Shown: positions 18,055 through 28,846, numbered from the stretch's first letter. The stretch: 64,000 nucleotides of DNA from an uncultured Thermoplasmatales archaeon (GCA_964445525.1 CAYULA010000002.1:34576-98575), one strand, 5' to 3'. Translations and numbers: made by a program. The notes: generated by a model from the sequence alone, not told the origin.

Positions 18055-21015
18055 TCAGTGAGAGAACAGATCATCGAGATCGCTTGTATAATTCTGCCCT
18101 CCCTGTCCCTGAGGGGAGGTGTACTGGGCAGGCTGGTACTGGGAAGCCTGGGGTTGCTGATAGGTAGATTGACCCTGTTCCTGTCGGACAGGTGCCGGCT
18201 GGTAGGGTCTCAGCTGTTCCTTTTGCTGCTGGGGCTGTAGATTGGAGACCGGTTCGGCCCTCTTCTGAGCATCCGGAAGGGCTTTTTTATCCTCTTTTTC
18301 CGTGACTGCCTCCTTTGCTTGGGGTATCGATGATCTTTTCGTATAGGCTCTTGAAAACAGGAGTATGGAGACAACAATGGCCACTGATATCATGGCAAAA
18401 GCTAACAGAATACCTATCATCACCATAAGGCCCGTGGACCTGATGGTGTTCTCCATTTCCTTGTCCTCCGGTTCCGGGGAGGTCATAATATTGAGTTCCT
18501 CTCCCTCCTCGGCGTAGAAATCGGCTTCATTACCAAACTCGTCTCTGTAGCTGGTCCTTACAACCATGCAGCACTGCTCGGAATAATCCACGTGCTCTGC
18601 GGCACTGCACTGGAACGTGACAGTTGCGGTTTCTCCCGCTTCTATGGGGTCGAGCTGAACAATCGGATTATCCAGATTGATCAGGTTGTCCTTTGATAGA
18701 AGAAGGACCTCGGACCAGGTTACCCTTGCCGTGCCCGTGTTGAGGACCTTGACTGTCACGCTGAATGGTTTCCCCGGCTCAATAACCGATGACGAGGTTG
18801 ATATAACCTTGAGCTTTCCCGTGCTATCAGGTATCAATACGTAGGTCACGTAAGGCTCTTCATCGTTGAAATCCTTTGAAAAACCGTTCACATCCTCCAT
18901 GGAGGTCCTGATGGAAAGAGCATATGTGGCTCCGGGAATTGTACCTTCTCCCAGGGTGCAGTTGAAGGATATGGTCCTTTTCTGACCAAGATTGAGACCA
19001 CCAATGATAATCAGGTCGTTGTCGAATGTGAACATGTTGTCAAGGGAGGTTATGAGAACGGAGAAATCCCTTATCACGGTAGGTCCCGAGTTGATGACAT
19101 CCACATGAAGAGTGAACCTCTCGTTCACTATTTCCGAAACCCTGGTGGTCATTATGTCGATATCACCTTCACCCGGATTGATCAGTACAGAAATATCAAA
19201 TGTATTGCTCTGGACAACCCCGGTAAGGTTCCTGAAATTGATCAAGAGAGTCAGGTTCAGCTTGGTCTCGACCCTGAAGGTTCCCACATCAACAGGTATG
19301 TTCACATCGAGCGTTCCGTAGGAATTGAAATCCGCGGCGGGAATGATCATATCAATACGGTCAAGGAGTACTCCCGATCCAGGGGATCCTCCCGACCTCA
19401 CCAATCTGTCGGCTTCCGTGGTTGAAAGGATCATTGACACATCTTCCAGAGGATAGAGCTCCTTGTTGGTGACCGTGAAGGAGATCCTCTGGTCTTTGCT
19501 GGTGGAATTGAGTATGTTGTGGGAATCAACGGAGATATCAGCTCCTGCGGGATCATCCAGTACCTTAAGAATGACATAAGGACTGGGAACCTGAACCTTT
19601 CGCGGCTCATCCCTGTACCAGATTATATCGACGAAATCCTCTTTCCCCATCTCGTCCCATTGATATGAATAGAGCTTGCTCGAGACCCCCGAATCGTCGA
19701 AGGGATCCTCGAATGTGGCAAAGTAGTCCACGGGAATGATATATTCCCCCGGCGGGAGCATTTCATATACCTCGATACATGGGAAAAACACGTTGAAGCT
19801 TGTCTCGACCTTGACATCGTATTTGGTAAACTCCAGTGGTTCGTATACCTTTTCTCCGTTTCCTCCCTCGTCATACCTGTATTCGGTCTGCTTCAGATAG
19901 GTAGCAGAATCCAGGTCAAGTCTAACCGTGACCATGGCCAGATCCACATTGCCTATGTTCCTCATGTTGAAACTGATCCCGCAGGTCCTCTCCTTCTGCT
20001 CAATTGAAGCCACGGGATGATCATTTGCCATATTGGTCGGATAGAGTATCGGTGTGGATTCCACCTTGAGCCTGATCACGTATGGTCCATCAATGAACTG
20101 ATCCTCGCCTATCCTGTACCTGAAGGTGAGGGTTCCCGAGTAATATCCTGGCGGAGTTGTGTCCAGTATGTCTGTCCTCCATTTCAGTATCCTGTAGGAG
20201 CTGTCGAATATATCATAGGAAATCCTGTTTGTTACCAGCCTTATTCCTTCGTTTCCGAAATCTATGTCCGCCTTGAAATCCATGAGATTAAAGGACTGCT
20301 TCCTGAACGAATTGGTGGTCTGTATGGTCATGTATTTGGAGCCAGCATAAAGGGGTGCGGGTCCCGAACCTTCTCTTCCTTGGAGTTCGATCGGGGAATT
20401 CTGCACGCCGTACACATGGCTTCTGACGAAGAACCTGGCATATCCGTCCTGGAATTTGGACATATAATAGATCTCTCCGGGGTTTTGATCATTGTAAGCC
20501 CTTGCCACCTTGAAGCTCAACCTGAGAGGAAGGCGATAATAACCCTCTTTGATATTGGTGGCGGAAATGGTCAACTCGAAGTAATTTCCCGATTGATCCC
20601 TATAGTAATTTGCCGAATATGATATATCATAACCCTCGTTGGAGGGTCCGTTGTAAGGTGTTAGAGATCCGCTTTGAGCGGGTTGGATTATATCCCTTGG
20701 TTGACCCTCGTCATCCGTTACCGCATCTGATCTGATGGTGAGTTTCGAATCGAAAAGATAGTATCTGGCATAATAATAGTCGGTATCATCCCAGTGTCTT
20801 CCATCGTAATTATTGTAAACCCTGATCCTGAAGCTTACCCTGTCCCCTATGTAATGGGAATCGAGATAGTATGCGTTGAAGGTGCAGTACGGGTCATCTC
20901 CTTCTCCCTCTCTGGTTTCTGTTTTCCCGGCCGTGCCTGTATTGAAAATCAGCATTCCCGAAAATATCAGTATTGCAAGTACCGAAATAGATACAAACTT
21001 GCTCTTCAAATTCAT
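18055..21015 (-). CDS. cell-surface protein with Ig-like (COG1361/CARDB-like) repeats, C-terminal TM and Q/P-rich tail
   Basis: Signal peptide, repeated V.NTG Ig-like units, TM GLMVMIGILLAFAMISVAIVVSILLF and a QP-rich tail. Confidence 0.75.
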   Translation of the reverse strand: MNLKSKFVSISVLAILIFSGMLIFNTGTAGKTETREGEGDDPYCTFNAYYLDSHYIGDRVSFRIRVYNNYDGRHWDDTDYYYARYYLFDSKLTIRSDAVTDDEGQPRDIIQPAQSGSLTPYNGPSNEGYDISYSANYYRDQSGNYFELTISATNIKEGYYRLPLRLSFKVARAYNDQNPGEIYYMSKFQDGYARFFVRSHVYGVQNSPIELQGREGSGPAPLYAGSKYMTIQTTNSFRKQSFNLMDFKADIDFGNEGIRLVTNRISYDIFDSSYRILKWRTDILDTTPPGYYSGTLTFRYRIGEDQFIDGPYVIRLKVESTPILYPTNMANDHPVASIEQKERTCGISFNMRNIGNVDLAMVTVRLDLDSATYLKQTEYRYDEGGNGEKVYEPLEFTKYDVKVETSFNVFFPCIEVYEMLPPGEYIIPVDYFATFEDPFDDSGVSSKLYSYQWDEMGKEDFVDIIWYRDEPRKVQVPSPYVILKVLDDPAGADISVDSHNILNSTSKDQRISFTVTNKELYPLEDVSMILSTTEADRLVRSGGSPGSGVLLDRIDMIIPAADFNSYGTLDVNIPVDVGTFRVETKLNLTLLINFRNLTGVVQSNTFDISVLINPGEGDIDIMTTRVSEIVNERFTLHVDVINSGPTVIRDFSVLITSLDNMFTFDNDLIIIGGLNLGQKRTISFNCTLGEGTIPGATYALSIRTSMEDVNGFSKDFNDEEPYVTYVLIPDSTGKLKVISTSSSVIEPGKPFSVTVKVLNTGTARVTWSEVLLLSKDNLINLDNPIVQLDPIEAGETATVTFQCSAAEHVDYSEQCCMVVRTSYRDEFGNEADFYAEEGEELNIMTSPEPEDKEMENTIRSTGLMVMIGILLAFAMISVAIVVSILLFSRAYTKRSSIPQAKEAVTEKEDKKALPDAQKRAEPVSNLQPQQQKEQLRPYQPAPVRQEQGQSTYQQPQASQYQPAQYTSPQGQGGQNYTSDLDDLFSH

Positions 21016-21088
21016 TTCTCTTCCCCCGCTATGGAAACGTATAGTTCATCATCATCATAGATTAAAAAAGTATTGAATTAATGATGAA

Positions 21089-21988
21089 CTACTGGCTCCT
21101 TGCATATCTCGCAACCAGAAATATCCCTAAAAGAACAACAGGCCCACCGAGTAAGGCTCCGGTTCCCGGGTTTTCCGACAGGATCAGATATGCGAGAATT
21201 GAAGATCCAACCGGTTCCCCAAGCAATGTAACCGAGATAACGGTGGGAGAGACATAACGAAGAGCCCAGTTGTAGATCGTATGTCCAGCGAGCATGGGAC
21301 CAACCGCAAGGAGTAAGAACAACAAATATTCGTTTGGTTCAATCGGTGTAAGATCAACACCTGTTGAAAGGGAGGCTGCAAGTAAGAACAGGGAGGCAGG
21401 TCCGTAGACCAGGAATGCATAGGTAGACAGTGAAAGTTTTTTCCTGAATCTTGACCCTGCCAGTATATACAATCCCGCCATGACACCTCCACCGAGTGCA
21501 AGCAGGTTTCCCTTCAGAGCCTCGCCGGAAAATGAGAGATCCCCGCCTATTACCAATACGGATCCTATCAAAGCAAGAGCCATCCCGGCCACAACTCTGG
21601 AACTGAGTCTCTCACCGAAGGCGACAAACGAGATGACTGCCACAAATACCGGATGTGTCGTTACCAGAAGCACTGAACTTGCAACCGTGGTGAATTGAAA
21701 TGACCATATCCACAAAGTGAAATGCATTGCCAGGGCCAGACCCACAAGCATCAGGCCCAGCATTGTTCTCCTATCAAGCAGAGGAAGCTCCTTTCGTATG
21801 GATGGTATCGCAAAAGGAAGCAATATGGCCTCGGCAATTATCAATCTCCAAAGTGCAATGGTGAGGGGATGACTTTCGGAAAGCTTGATGAGGATCGCGG
21901 CGGTGGATACCGCAGCCATTGCAATGATAATCCAGAATGGGGCCTGTTCCTGGCGGAAAAGGAACCTCTCCCGATCCACTGCGGGCAT
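21089..21988 (-). CDS. DMT/EamA family transporter
   Basis: About 10 TM helices in two EamA repeats (TTHPVFVA...FGERL and LGEPVGSSILAYLILSE). Confidence 0.9.
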   Translation of the reverse strand: MPAVDRERFLFRQEQAPFWIIIAMAAVSTAAILIKLSESHPLTIALWRLIIAEAILLPFAIPSIRKELPLLDRRTMLGLMLVGLALAMHFTLWIWSFQFTTVASSVLLVTTHPVFVAVISFVAFGERLSSRVVAGMALALIGSVLVIGGDLSFSGEALKGNLLALGGGVMAGLYILAGSRFRKKLSLSTYAFLVYGPASLFLLAASLSTGVDLTPIEPNEYLLFLLLAVGPMLAGHTIYNWALRYVSPTVISVTLLGEPVGSSILAYLILSENPGTGALLGGPVVLLGIFLVARYARSQ

Positions 21989-22040
21989 GCCGAGGCGATC
22001 GCTGTGCAGATTATATAATAGGTGTCGGAATAGGGAAGGG

Positions 22041-23063
22041 ATGGCTGAAGGAAAACCCTGGAAGAATCTTACCATAGAGAGAAAGGGTTCGAAATTGAAC
22101 CTGAGACATCCAATCTTTCCAGGACCTATGGCAGGGGCCTTCGAACCTCCCTACAGAATGATGCTCCATGACATTGGGATCGAACTATCCTTCACAGAGA
22201 TGATCTCCGCCAGGGGCACCATAGAGGGATCCGGGAAAACCCTGGAACTCGCGGGCTGGGTGCCGGAGAAGGGATATTCGGGAGCGCAGGTATTCGGTTC
22301 CGATGCGAATTATGTCTCCGGTGCGGCCAGGGAGATGGTGAGGCTGGGGCATGATATTATCGATCTGAATGCAGGCTGTCCCAAGCGGAAGGTGCTGGTC
22401 CAGGGTTCCGGCGGAGCTCTCCTGAAAGAACATGAACGGTTCGTCTCGATTGCTTCTTCCATTCTGGATTCGGTGGATGTACCCGTCAGTGTGAAGACCA
22501 GATCGGGATTCCATGTTTTCGAACCGAATCCATTTAAAAAATTGTTGAAAGACTTAGAAAGTATCGGAATATCCATGATATCCATACACGGACGCACAGT
22601 CAGACAGGGATACAGGGGCAGTGCCGACAGGGATGTGATCTCCCAAGCCGCCTCGATCGTGGATATTCCGGTCATTGCATCGGGTGACGTGAGGTCCCTG
22701 GCGGATGTTTTAGACTATTTCGGCAGGGGAGCTTCCGGAGTGATGGTCGGCAGGGCCATGATGGGAGACCCTTTCTTCATTTCGAGGATCATTTCCGAAG
22801 ACCAAGACCCGTTTCCCTCAAAATCAGATGATGTTGAAAGGATTTTTTCCATGGCAGCGAGACACCTGGACCTCTCGATCGATTATTACGGAGAGAAGAG
22901 GGGATGCATGAAGTTCAGAAGTCAGCTCGGTTGGTATGTCCGTTCGTTCAAGGGAAGGAAACCATACATGGACAGGATCCATCATGCATCCTCAAAGGAT
23001 GATTTCACAAGTCTCATGACCGAGATCTTGCATGAATGGAAGCGTCAGCCGGGTACTTGTTAA
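22041..23063 (+). CDS. tRNA-dihydrouridine synthase, DusB-like
   Basis: PMAG, TEMISA, DLNAGCP (catalytic Cys), IHGRT, SGDV and GVMVGR, plus a C-terminal helical domain (YYGEKRG...FRSQLGWY). Confidence 0.9.
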   Translation: MAEGKPWKNLTIERKGSKLNLRHPIFPGPMAGAFEPPYRMMLHDIGIELSFTEMISARGTIEGSGKTLELAGWVPEKGYSGAQVFGSDANYVSGAAREMVRLGHDIIDLNAGCPKRKVLVQGSGGALLKEHERFVSIASSILDSVDVPVSVKTRSGFHVFEPNPFKKLLKDLESIGISMISIHGRTVRQGYRGSADRDVISQAASIVDIPVIASGDVRSLADVLDYFGRGASGVMVGRAMMGDPFFISRIISEDQDPFPSKSDDVERIFSMAARHLDLSIDYYGEKRGCMKFRSQLGWYVRSFKGRKPYMDRIHHASSKDDFTSLMTEILHEWKRQPGTC

Positions 23064-23132
23064 ACTTTTATACCGGATATGGCCATTAACCGTCCGCCCT
23101 TAGTTTGAAGTTCTTTCGGGAGGTATCTTCAG

Positions 23133-26123
23133 ATGAGAACCTGGATAGTCCGCCAAATAACCGTTATGATCGCGATTGCATTGGCATTTACCGCTGTTTT
23201 ATCTCTTACGGAATCAGCGGAAGCAGGGACCCCGATGGGGGTGAGGTCCTCTACCGGATTCATCTCCATTGATGACTTCTATGTCCATAACGAATACAAT
23301 GTTGATGATCTCTGGGTAGTGGTCTGGCTGGAGAACAGGGATACCCATTACAGACAGTATTCCGACAGTGATTACTACTTCTATTACAGGGATATTGCAA
23401 ACTCGTTTGCAATTCCCGTGGACGGTTCACCCCATTCCTCCGGTGAAGAAAAGAGGGCTCTTGTGGAACTGTTCACCTCCACAGATTGCGTTTTCTGTCC
23501 GGGTGCGGTAGGAGCCCTGGATACCCTGGCAGAGGAGAGGTTCCCGGATGAGTTCTCTTTGATAGAGTGGCACAAGGCAATAAATCCCGGAAGCGATCCC
23601 TACGAAACCCCCGCCTCCAGGGGGAGGTTCTCTTCCTACAACATCTCTTCAAGACCGACAACCATCTTCGACGGGGCGACCGCAGCGGTGGGCGGAGATC
23701 AGGACCCCAACAACGTCCAGATACTCAAGAGCTACGGCAACACCATTGACCTGGTCAATTCCTTTCTTCTGCCACAGGTCAGTTTCTCTGGTTCCGCTGA
23801 CACGGGAGGGGATTACCTGTCCTACAATATCAGTTTCGAGGTGACCAATCCCATGGTCAAGGGTGATTGGGTGGTCAGGGCTGCTGTTTGCGAGGACATC
23901 GACAGCGATCACGGAGGGGCCAGGATGAGATTCGTACCCAGAGGGTCCCTGAATTCAAAGGCCCTCTCCGATCTTCAGGAGGGCCATCCGGATATCACCG
24001 TTGAGGAGGAAGCCACGTTCCAGGGTCTCGACCCCGAGGAGATAAAGGGCAATTTCACCATGAAATGGAACGCTTCCGACCCCCAGGACGGAGATGACGT
24101 AACCATTGACATTCGATACTGGGGACCTGACGATCAATGGAAAGAACTGGCCACAGGTTTGGAGAATACGGGTTCTTTCACCTGGAACACTGGGGATCCC
24201 AGGGTTCCCGACGGGCAATACGAGGTAGCCATTTCTGCCGAGGATTCCCAATCCAACTCGATCCTTGCCTCCGATCTTCTTGTTTTCATAATAGACAATC
24301 CTGATTTTCCCCATGCTAATTTCTCCTATCCGGCGCAATTCGAGACATTCAACGGAGAAGAGGAGATCAGATGGACCTCCTCTGATGACGAGGACGATTC
24401 CATGGATATGCTGGCCAGGGTCTCCATATCCAATGATACCGGCCAGACATGGAAGGTCATTTCTTTCAACAGGGTAACAGGCGAGGATTGGATCGCCAAT
24501 CTCGGATCCTTTACCCTGAACACCCTCAATTACGAGGATATTCCAACATACAAGCTCAAGGTTGACATCAAGGATACCGACAATATGATAACCACAATCG
24601 AATCCGCGGTATTCGAGATCTACAACAACGATGCACCGAGGGCCTTCCTCTACAGTCCGAAACTCGGGGAAACCATCAGTTCCGTTCTGGATATAGGCTG
24701 GAAGGTTACCGATCAGGAGGACCTCCCCTCCGCCATAGAAGGCAACTTCTCCATCAGGAAGTCCGGACAGGAGAGATGGACCGTCCTCTATGAAGGCCTT
24801 CTTGATGATGAGATGGAGAACAGGACCTTCGACACCGCAGACCTCATGGGCGACGGAGATTACGAACTGAAATTCTCCGTCGAGGATTCCAGGGGAAAAA
24901 CCCACTCCGTGAACAGGCAGTTCTCGATCTACGATCCCGATCCGCCTGTCTTCTCATCGATTTCATCTCCCAGAAAGGATCTCACAGACATCAGGGAGGA
25001 AACGATAACAGTATCATGGGAATGTTCCGACGCAGACGAGGGTGAGACCCTGAGTTATGATGTGCATATCTCCCAGGCGGATCTGGAAAACTGGACCCTT
25101 CTGGCGGAGGGATTGGATACGGAAACCTATGTGGTGGACCTGTCTCTCTTGGAGGAGGGAAGCTACAGGATCAGGGTTACGGCTGTGGATTCCTCTGCAG
25201 GGTCCCTTACCTCGGAAACATTCTTCGGACCGTTCTATTACAACGCCCCGGACAGTCCCGACATCAGCCAGTTCCTTCCTTCGGAGAACCTCGACGGCGG
25301 AATACCCTCCGACATCAATTCCACGATGGAAGCCGGAGAATTTTTCCTGGACCTCAGCTGGACAGCTTCCGATGATGACAACGACAACATCACCTTTGTA
25401 TTGCATTACAGGAAGACCGGGGACCAGGATTGGACCCTGATCGAGGACAACCTGGAGGGGAGCTCTTACAGCTGGAACATGACAGCTCTGCCCTCCGGTG
25501 AGTACCGGATCAGATTGACAGCCGTGGACGAATCCCCGGAAACATTGACAAGCCAGATGATATTGGGACCATTCAGCTGGAACAATGTTATACTGAATCC
25601 GCCTGCAGATGATGACACAGACGACGATGACGAGCCGGTCCCCGAAGATGAGGATGACAGCGACGAACCCGACTGGGGACTCTACATCATCATAGGCGCC
25701 GCCAGTGTGGTAGTTGTGATAATAGTGGTGATCCTGGCTCTGTTCATGGCTTCCAAATTGGGAAAGAGGAAAGGTAAGACCGACGTGATCCCCGATCAAA
25801 AAGACATGGATTTCACCCAGATACCCGATTTCGAGAGGAACAGGCCCCCTGTCCAGCAGCCTCCTCCCCGGCAGGTAATGGCCGGGACCTACCAGGAGCA
25901 GCAGGCTCCTGTTCAGGAGGAACCTCAGCCAACCTATCAGGAGCCCCAACCCCAAGGTATTGAGGGGAATGTGAACTGGGAAGGAGAGGACCAGTCAGGT
26001 ACGGAAAACGAATCCGTTCCCGAACAGACACAGGAATCATCCCTTCCCGAAGAGGATACCGGTGATCAGGAGGGATCGGAGGAGAGTACCAATATCGCAG
26101 CTCCTCCCGAGCCTCCTGTCTGA
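23133..26123 (+). CDS. surface protein: Omp28-like thioredoxin domain (CVFC), FN3/Ig repeats, TM, P/Q/E-rich tail
   Basis: LVELFTSTDCVFCP, repeated W.ASD.D.D...G.Y.I...A.D units and TM YIIIGAASVVVVIIVVILALF. Confidence 0.78.
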   Translation: MRTWIVRQITVMIAIALAFTAVLSLTESAEAGTPMGVRSSTGFISIDDFYVHNEYNVDDLWVVVWLENRDTHYRQYSDSDYYFYYRDIANSFAIPVDGSPHSSGEEKRALVELFTSTDCVFCPGAVGALDTLAEERFPDEFSLIEWHKAINPGSDPYETPASRGRFSSYNISSRPTTIFDGATAAVGGDQDPNNVQILKSYGNTIDLVNSFLLPQVSFSGSADTGGDYLSYNISFEVTNPMVKGDWVVRAAVCEDIDSDHGGARMRFVPRGSLNSKALSDLQEGHPDITVEEEATFQGLDPEEIKGNFTMKWNASDPQDGDDVTIDIRYWGPDDQWKELATGLENTGSFTWNTGDPRVPDGQYEVAISAEDSQSNSILASDLLVFIIDNPDFPHANFSYPAQFETFNGEEEIRWTSSDDEDDSMDMLARVSISNDTGQTWKVISFNRVTGEDWIANLGSFTLNTLNYEDIPTYKLKVDIKDTDNMITTIESAVFEIYNNDAPRAFLYSPKLGETISSVLDIGWKVTDQEDLPSAIEGNFSIRKSGQERWTVLYEGLLDDEMENRTFDTADLMGDGDYELKFSVEDSRGKTHSVNRQFSIYDPDPPVFSSISSPRKDLTDIREETITVSWECSDADEGETLSYDVHISQADLENWTLLAEGLDTETYVVDLSLLEEGSYRIRVTAVDSSAGSLTSETFFGPFYYNAPDSPDISQFLPSENLDGGIPSDINSTMEAGEFFLDLSWTASDDDNDNITFVLHYRKTGDQDWTLIEDNLEGSSYSWNMTALPSGEYRIRLTAVDESPETLTSQMILGPFSWNNVILNPPADDDTDDDDEPVPEDEDDSDEPDWGLYIIIGAASVVVVIIVVILALFMASKLGKRKGKTDVIPDQKDMDFTQIPDFERNRPPVQQPPPRQVMAGTYQEQQAPVQEEPQPTYQEPQPQGIEGNVNWEGEDQSGTENESVPEQTQESSLPEEDTGDQEGSEESTNIAAPPEPPV

Positions 26124-26125
26124 TC

Positions 26126-28846
26126 CTAAAATCCGAAGCTGAAATACGCTCCGATGGTGCTCTCGAGGAACAGAACGTAAATGATAACAAAGGATCCGGC
26201 AAGCATCAGGAGCACCGCGGATACCTTCTTTATCACCTGGGTCTTGGAAACCATCCTCTGGAGGAAACCCGAACCCGAGGCAGCCATGTAGGTGAACAGC
26301 ACCATCATGGCGCCGAGGGAAAGGGTGTAAAGTCCGAATATGAGCGCCCCTCCGAGGATCCCTCCTATTGCAAAGGAGATCAGTATCATACCGATGAATG
26401 CAGGGGCCATGCAGCTGGAGGCGGCGGCTCCGTATCCGAATCCGTATGCGAACAGTCCGCCGGCCGAGGAATCCTCCTCGGAGGACCTTCCCCTCATCCT
26501 CGCTATCATGATCTCGAAGGGCCTCTTGATGTAATCCATTCCTCTTTCAAGGAATGAATCCTTCCCTATGAAGGTCAGAAATCCCAGTATTACCAGTACC
26601 CCGCCAATGGGCAGGATCAGGAAACGAAGATACTGCTGGATCGCGCCTCCGACTATTGTAACCAGTATTCCGATGAGTATGAAGAAGGTGATTATGCCCG
26701 CAGCAGCGACCATGCCCCCGATCAGAGGATTCTGCTTTCTCCCGGTGGAGGATTCCTGGGTGATGTAATACGAGATATAACCCGGGAGCATGGGAAGGGA
26801 GCAGGGCGAGAAGAAGGTGACAATTCCGAAAAGGGCTGCTATCGATCCGAAGGCAATGAGGGACCCTCCGGTCTGGGTTATGGAGACGGCCTTGTAATCT
26901 CCGGTATGGGAATCCTCTATCTTATCAAGGACGGTATCCTTGTTGATGATCCCCGTGTGCTGATAGACGATATCCCCGTTGGGAGCAATTATTACCATCT
27001 TCGGTACCGCCAGTGCATCGAAGAGTTCAACGAAATCCCTGTTGAGGCCTATGGGCCATTCGGCCCCGTATTTTTCCTGGAAATCGTTCATGGCTTTGTT
27101 TGTATCGGCGTTGTCAACCGATACCGAAAGGAACTCCACATCATCGCCGTATTTATCTTTGGCTTCTTCGAAGACGTCAACCACGATCGGCATCTCCTCG
27201 TTGCAGCTTGCACAGGTTGTGAACATTATGTCAATAACCAGTGTCTTCCCCTCGTACATATCCGGGGTGTGTAACACTCCGTTGGTGTCGGTAACCCTGA
27301 AATCAGGAACCGATGATGTGGATCCCGTGAAAACCGAAGCGGCCGAGATCGATGTGATTATTATTCCGAGCGCCACGATTATTGCCAGACTCGCTTTCGA
27401 GGAAAACACCTTCAGCAGTCCCCCCTGGACCTTCCTCGTGGCAATGTATAGTACGGGCCCCAGTATGATCAGTATTATTCCGATTGTCAGGAACAGGGTT
27501 CCCGTCTCCATTCCGATCAGGGCCGTGTTCTTGTCCTTGGACGCCTCTTCCTGGCTTACCAGGGTGTATATCTGAGAGGAGGACTGGGCAAACTGATCGT
27601 CATAGAGCAGAACCTGGGCATAGAGAGGTCCTCCCGAGTGTTCTATCTCGGCAGTGCCGGTGGCGTCGGAGTAGGCATAGCAGACCCCCTGATCATCGCA
27701 TACCTCCTCCCCTGTTATGGTGAGTTCCACCGGTTCCCAGGAGGGCATATCCACTCCCTTCTGATTGATGAAGACGAAACCCCTGGCTATCCCACCCTCG
27801 TCATCCATGGTGACGGTGACCGTGTTATCGTTCAGTGTAAGTGACTTCACCTTTGGAGGTTGATTTTCCCTGTCGTATGCGGTGGACCTTGATGTTGCGG
27901 ACTGGACGCATCTGATGGAATTCGCCCTCTGGTTTCCGTCAGTGCCTCCGGGGCTGGAATCCGTGTCGGTGGTATCGAATATTGCGGCTACGGCATACAT
28001 GTCCTGAGCTTTTATCGGGATCGTGGCCTCGGGAATCTGGTAGGTGAAGGAGAACACCTTCTCGGTGCCCATGTTCATGGTGAATCTCTCGTCTTGTGCC
28101 GCATAGCCTCTGAAAACCGCATCGTTGGATACGTTCATGTCATATACCAGCGAATAGGCGGTGACGTTGTCTTCCACCATGAATACGTAAAGGGATCCTT
28201 GAAGGGGAAGAAGATTTCCTCCCACCATCTTTGCGTTGGCCTCGTACGTTGCCTTTACCTCGACGTAAAATGAGCTCCCGTCGAATATCTGGTCCACCTC
28301 CATCTTCACGAAGGGAAAGGACCAGGAAAGCCTGTCCATGGGCCTCATAGGGGCGTTGTCATACCTCCTCTCCGATTCCATAAGGGCCCAGTCTATCGTG
28401 GGTTTGTCTATTGGTTTATTGGAAGCCGAGAACCCGCCTATCTCGATGTATCCGCCGTCGAACTGGACATCCGGAGTACCTGCGAGGCCTGGCTGATAAT
28501 ACCTCATTCTGGCTGTGGCTTCCTCGGTATTGAGATCATCCTCGCCTCCGCCGTTCAATTCATGGAAGACCACCGTGCTGAAAGGTGCGGAAGGGTCCTC
28601 CCTGCCCTCCATATAAGTATCATGGACGGCTTTCTCGGGAGAATCCGCATCCGGTCCGCTTCCCATGCAGGCGGGACAGGATAGGCCGGTGAAGAATTCC
28701 ATGAGCGGTCTGTGAATGTAACCTTCCGGCGGTGGCGCATCGGTCTGGAATGAAGGTGCTTGGACGCCGTCTGCATTGAAAGATGTAACCAGTGATGCCA
28801 AAATGACGGCTGTCAACGATACGAGGAATATGATTCTTCCCTTCAT
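26126..28846 (-). CDS. fusion of Omp28-like thioredoxin (CPAC), TlpA/ResA-like redoxin (CASC) and CcdA/DsbD-like TM domain
   Basis: Start MKGRIIFLV. Motifs LMEFFTGLSCPAC, PDFRVTD...FTTCASCNEEMP, FFSPCSLPMLPGY and SSCMAP. Confidence 0.85.
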   Translation of the reverse strand: MKGRIIFLVSLTAVILASLVTSFNADGVQAPSFQTDAPPPEGYIHRPLMEFFTGLSCPACMGSGPDADSPEKAVHDTYMEGREDPSAPFSTVVFHELNGGGEDDLNTEEATARMRYYQPGLAGTPDVQFDGGYIEIGGFSASNKPIDKPTIDWALMESERRYDNAPMRPMDRLSWSFPFVKMEVDQIFDGSSFYVEVKATYEANAKMVGGNLLPLQGSLYVFMVEDNVTAYSLVYDMNVSNDAVFRGYAAQDERFTMNMGTEKVFSFTYQIPEATIPIKAQDMYAVAAIFDTTDTDSSPGGTDGNQRANSIRCVQSATSRSTAYDRENQPPKVKSLTLNDNTVTVTMDDEGGIARGFVFINQKGVDMPSWEPVELTITGEEVCDDQGVCYAYSDATGTAEIEHSGGPLYAQVLLYDDQFAQSSSQIYTLVSQEEASKDKNTALIGMETGTLFLTIGIILIILGPVLYIATRKVQGGLLKVFSSKASLAIIVALGIIITSISAASVFTGSTSSVPDFRVTDTNGVLHTPDMYEGKTLVIDIMFTTCASCNEEMPIVVDVFEEAKDKYGDDVEFLSVSVDNADTNKAMNDFQEKYGAEWPIGLNRDFVELFDALAVPKMVIIAPNGDIVYQHTGIINKDTVLDKIEDSHTGDYKAVSITQTGGSLIAFGSIAALFGIVTFFSPCSLPMLPGYISYYITQESSTGRKQNPLIGGMVAAAGIITFFILIGILVTIVGGAIQQYLRFLILPIGGVLVILGFLTFIGKDSFLERGMDYIKRPFEIMIARMRGRSSEEDSSAGGLFAYGFGYGAAASSCMAPAFIGMILISFAIGGILGGALIFGLYTLSLGAMMVLFTYMAASGSGFLQRMVSKTQVIKKVSAVLLMLAGSFVIIYVLFLESTIGAYFSFGF

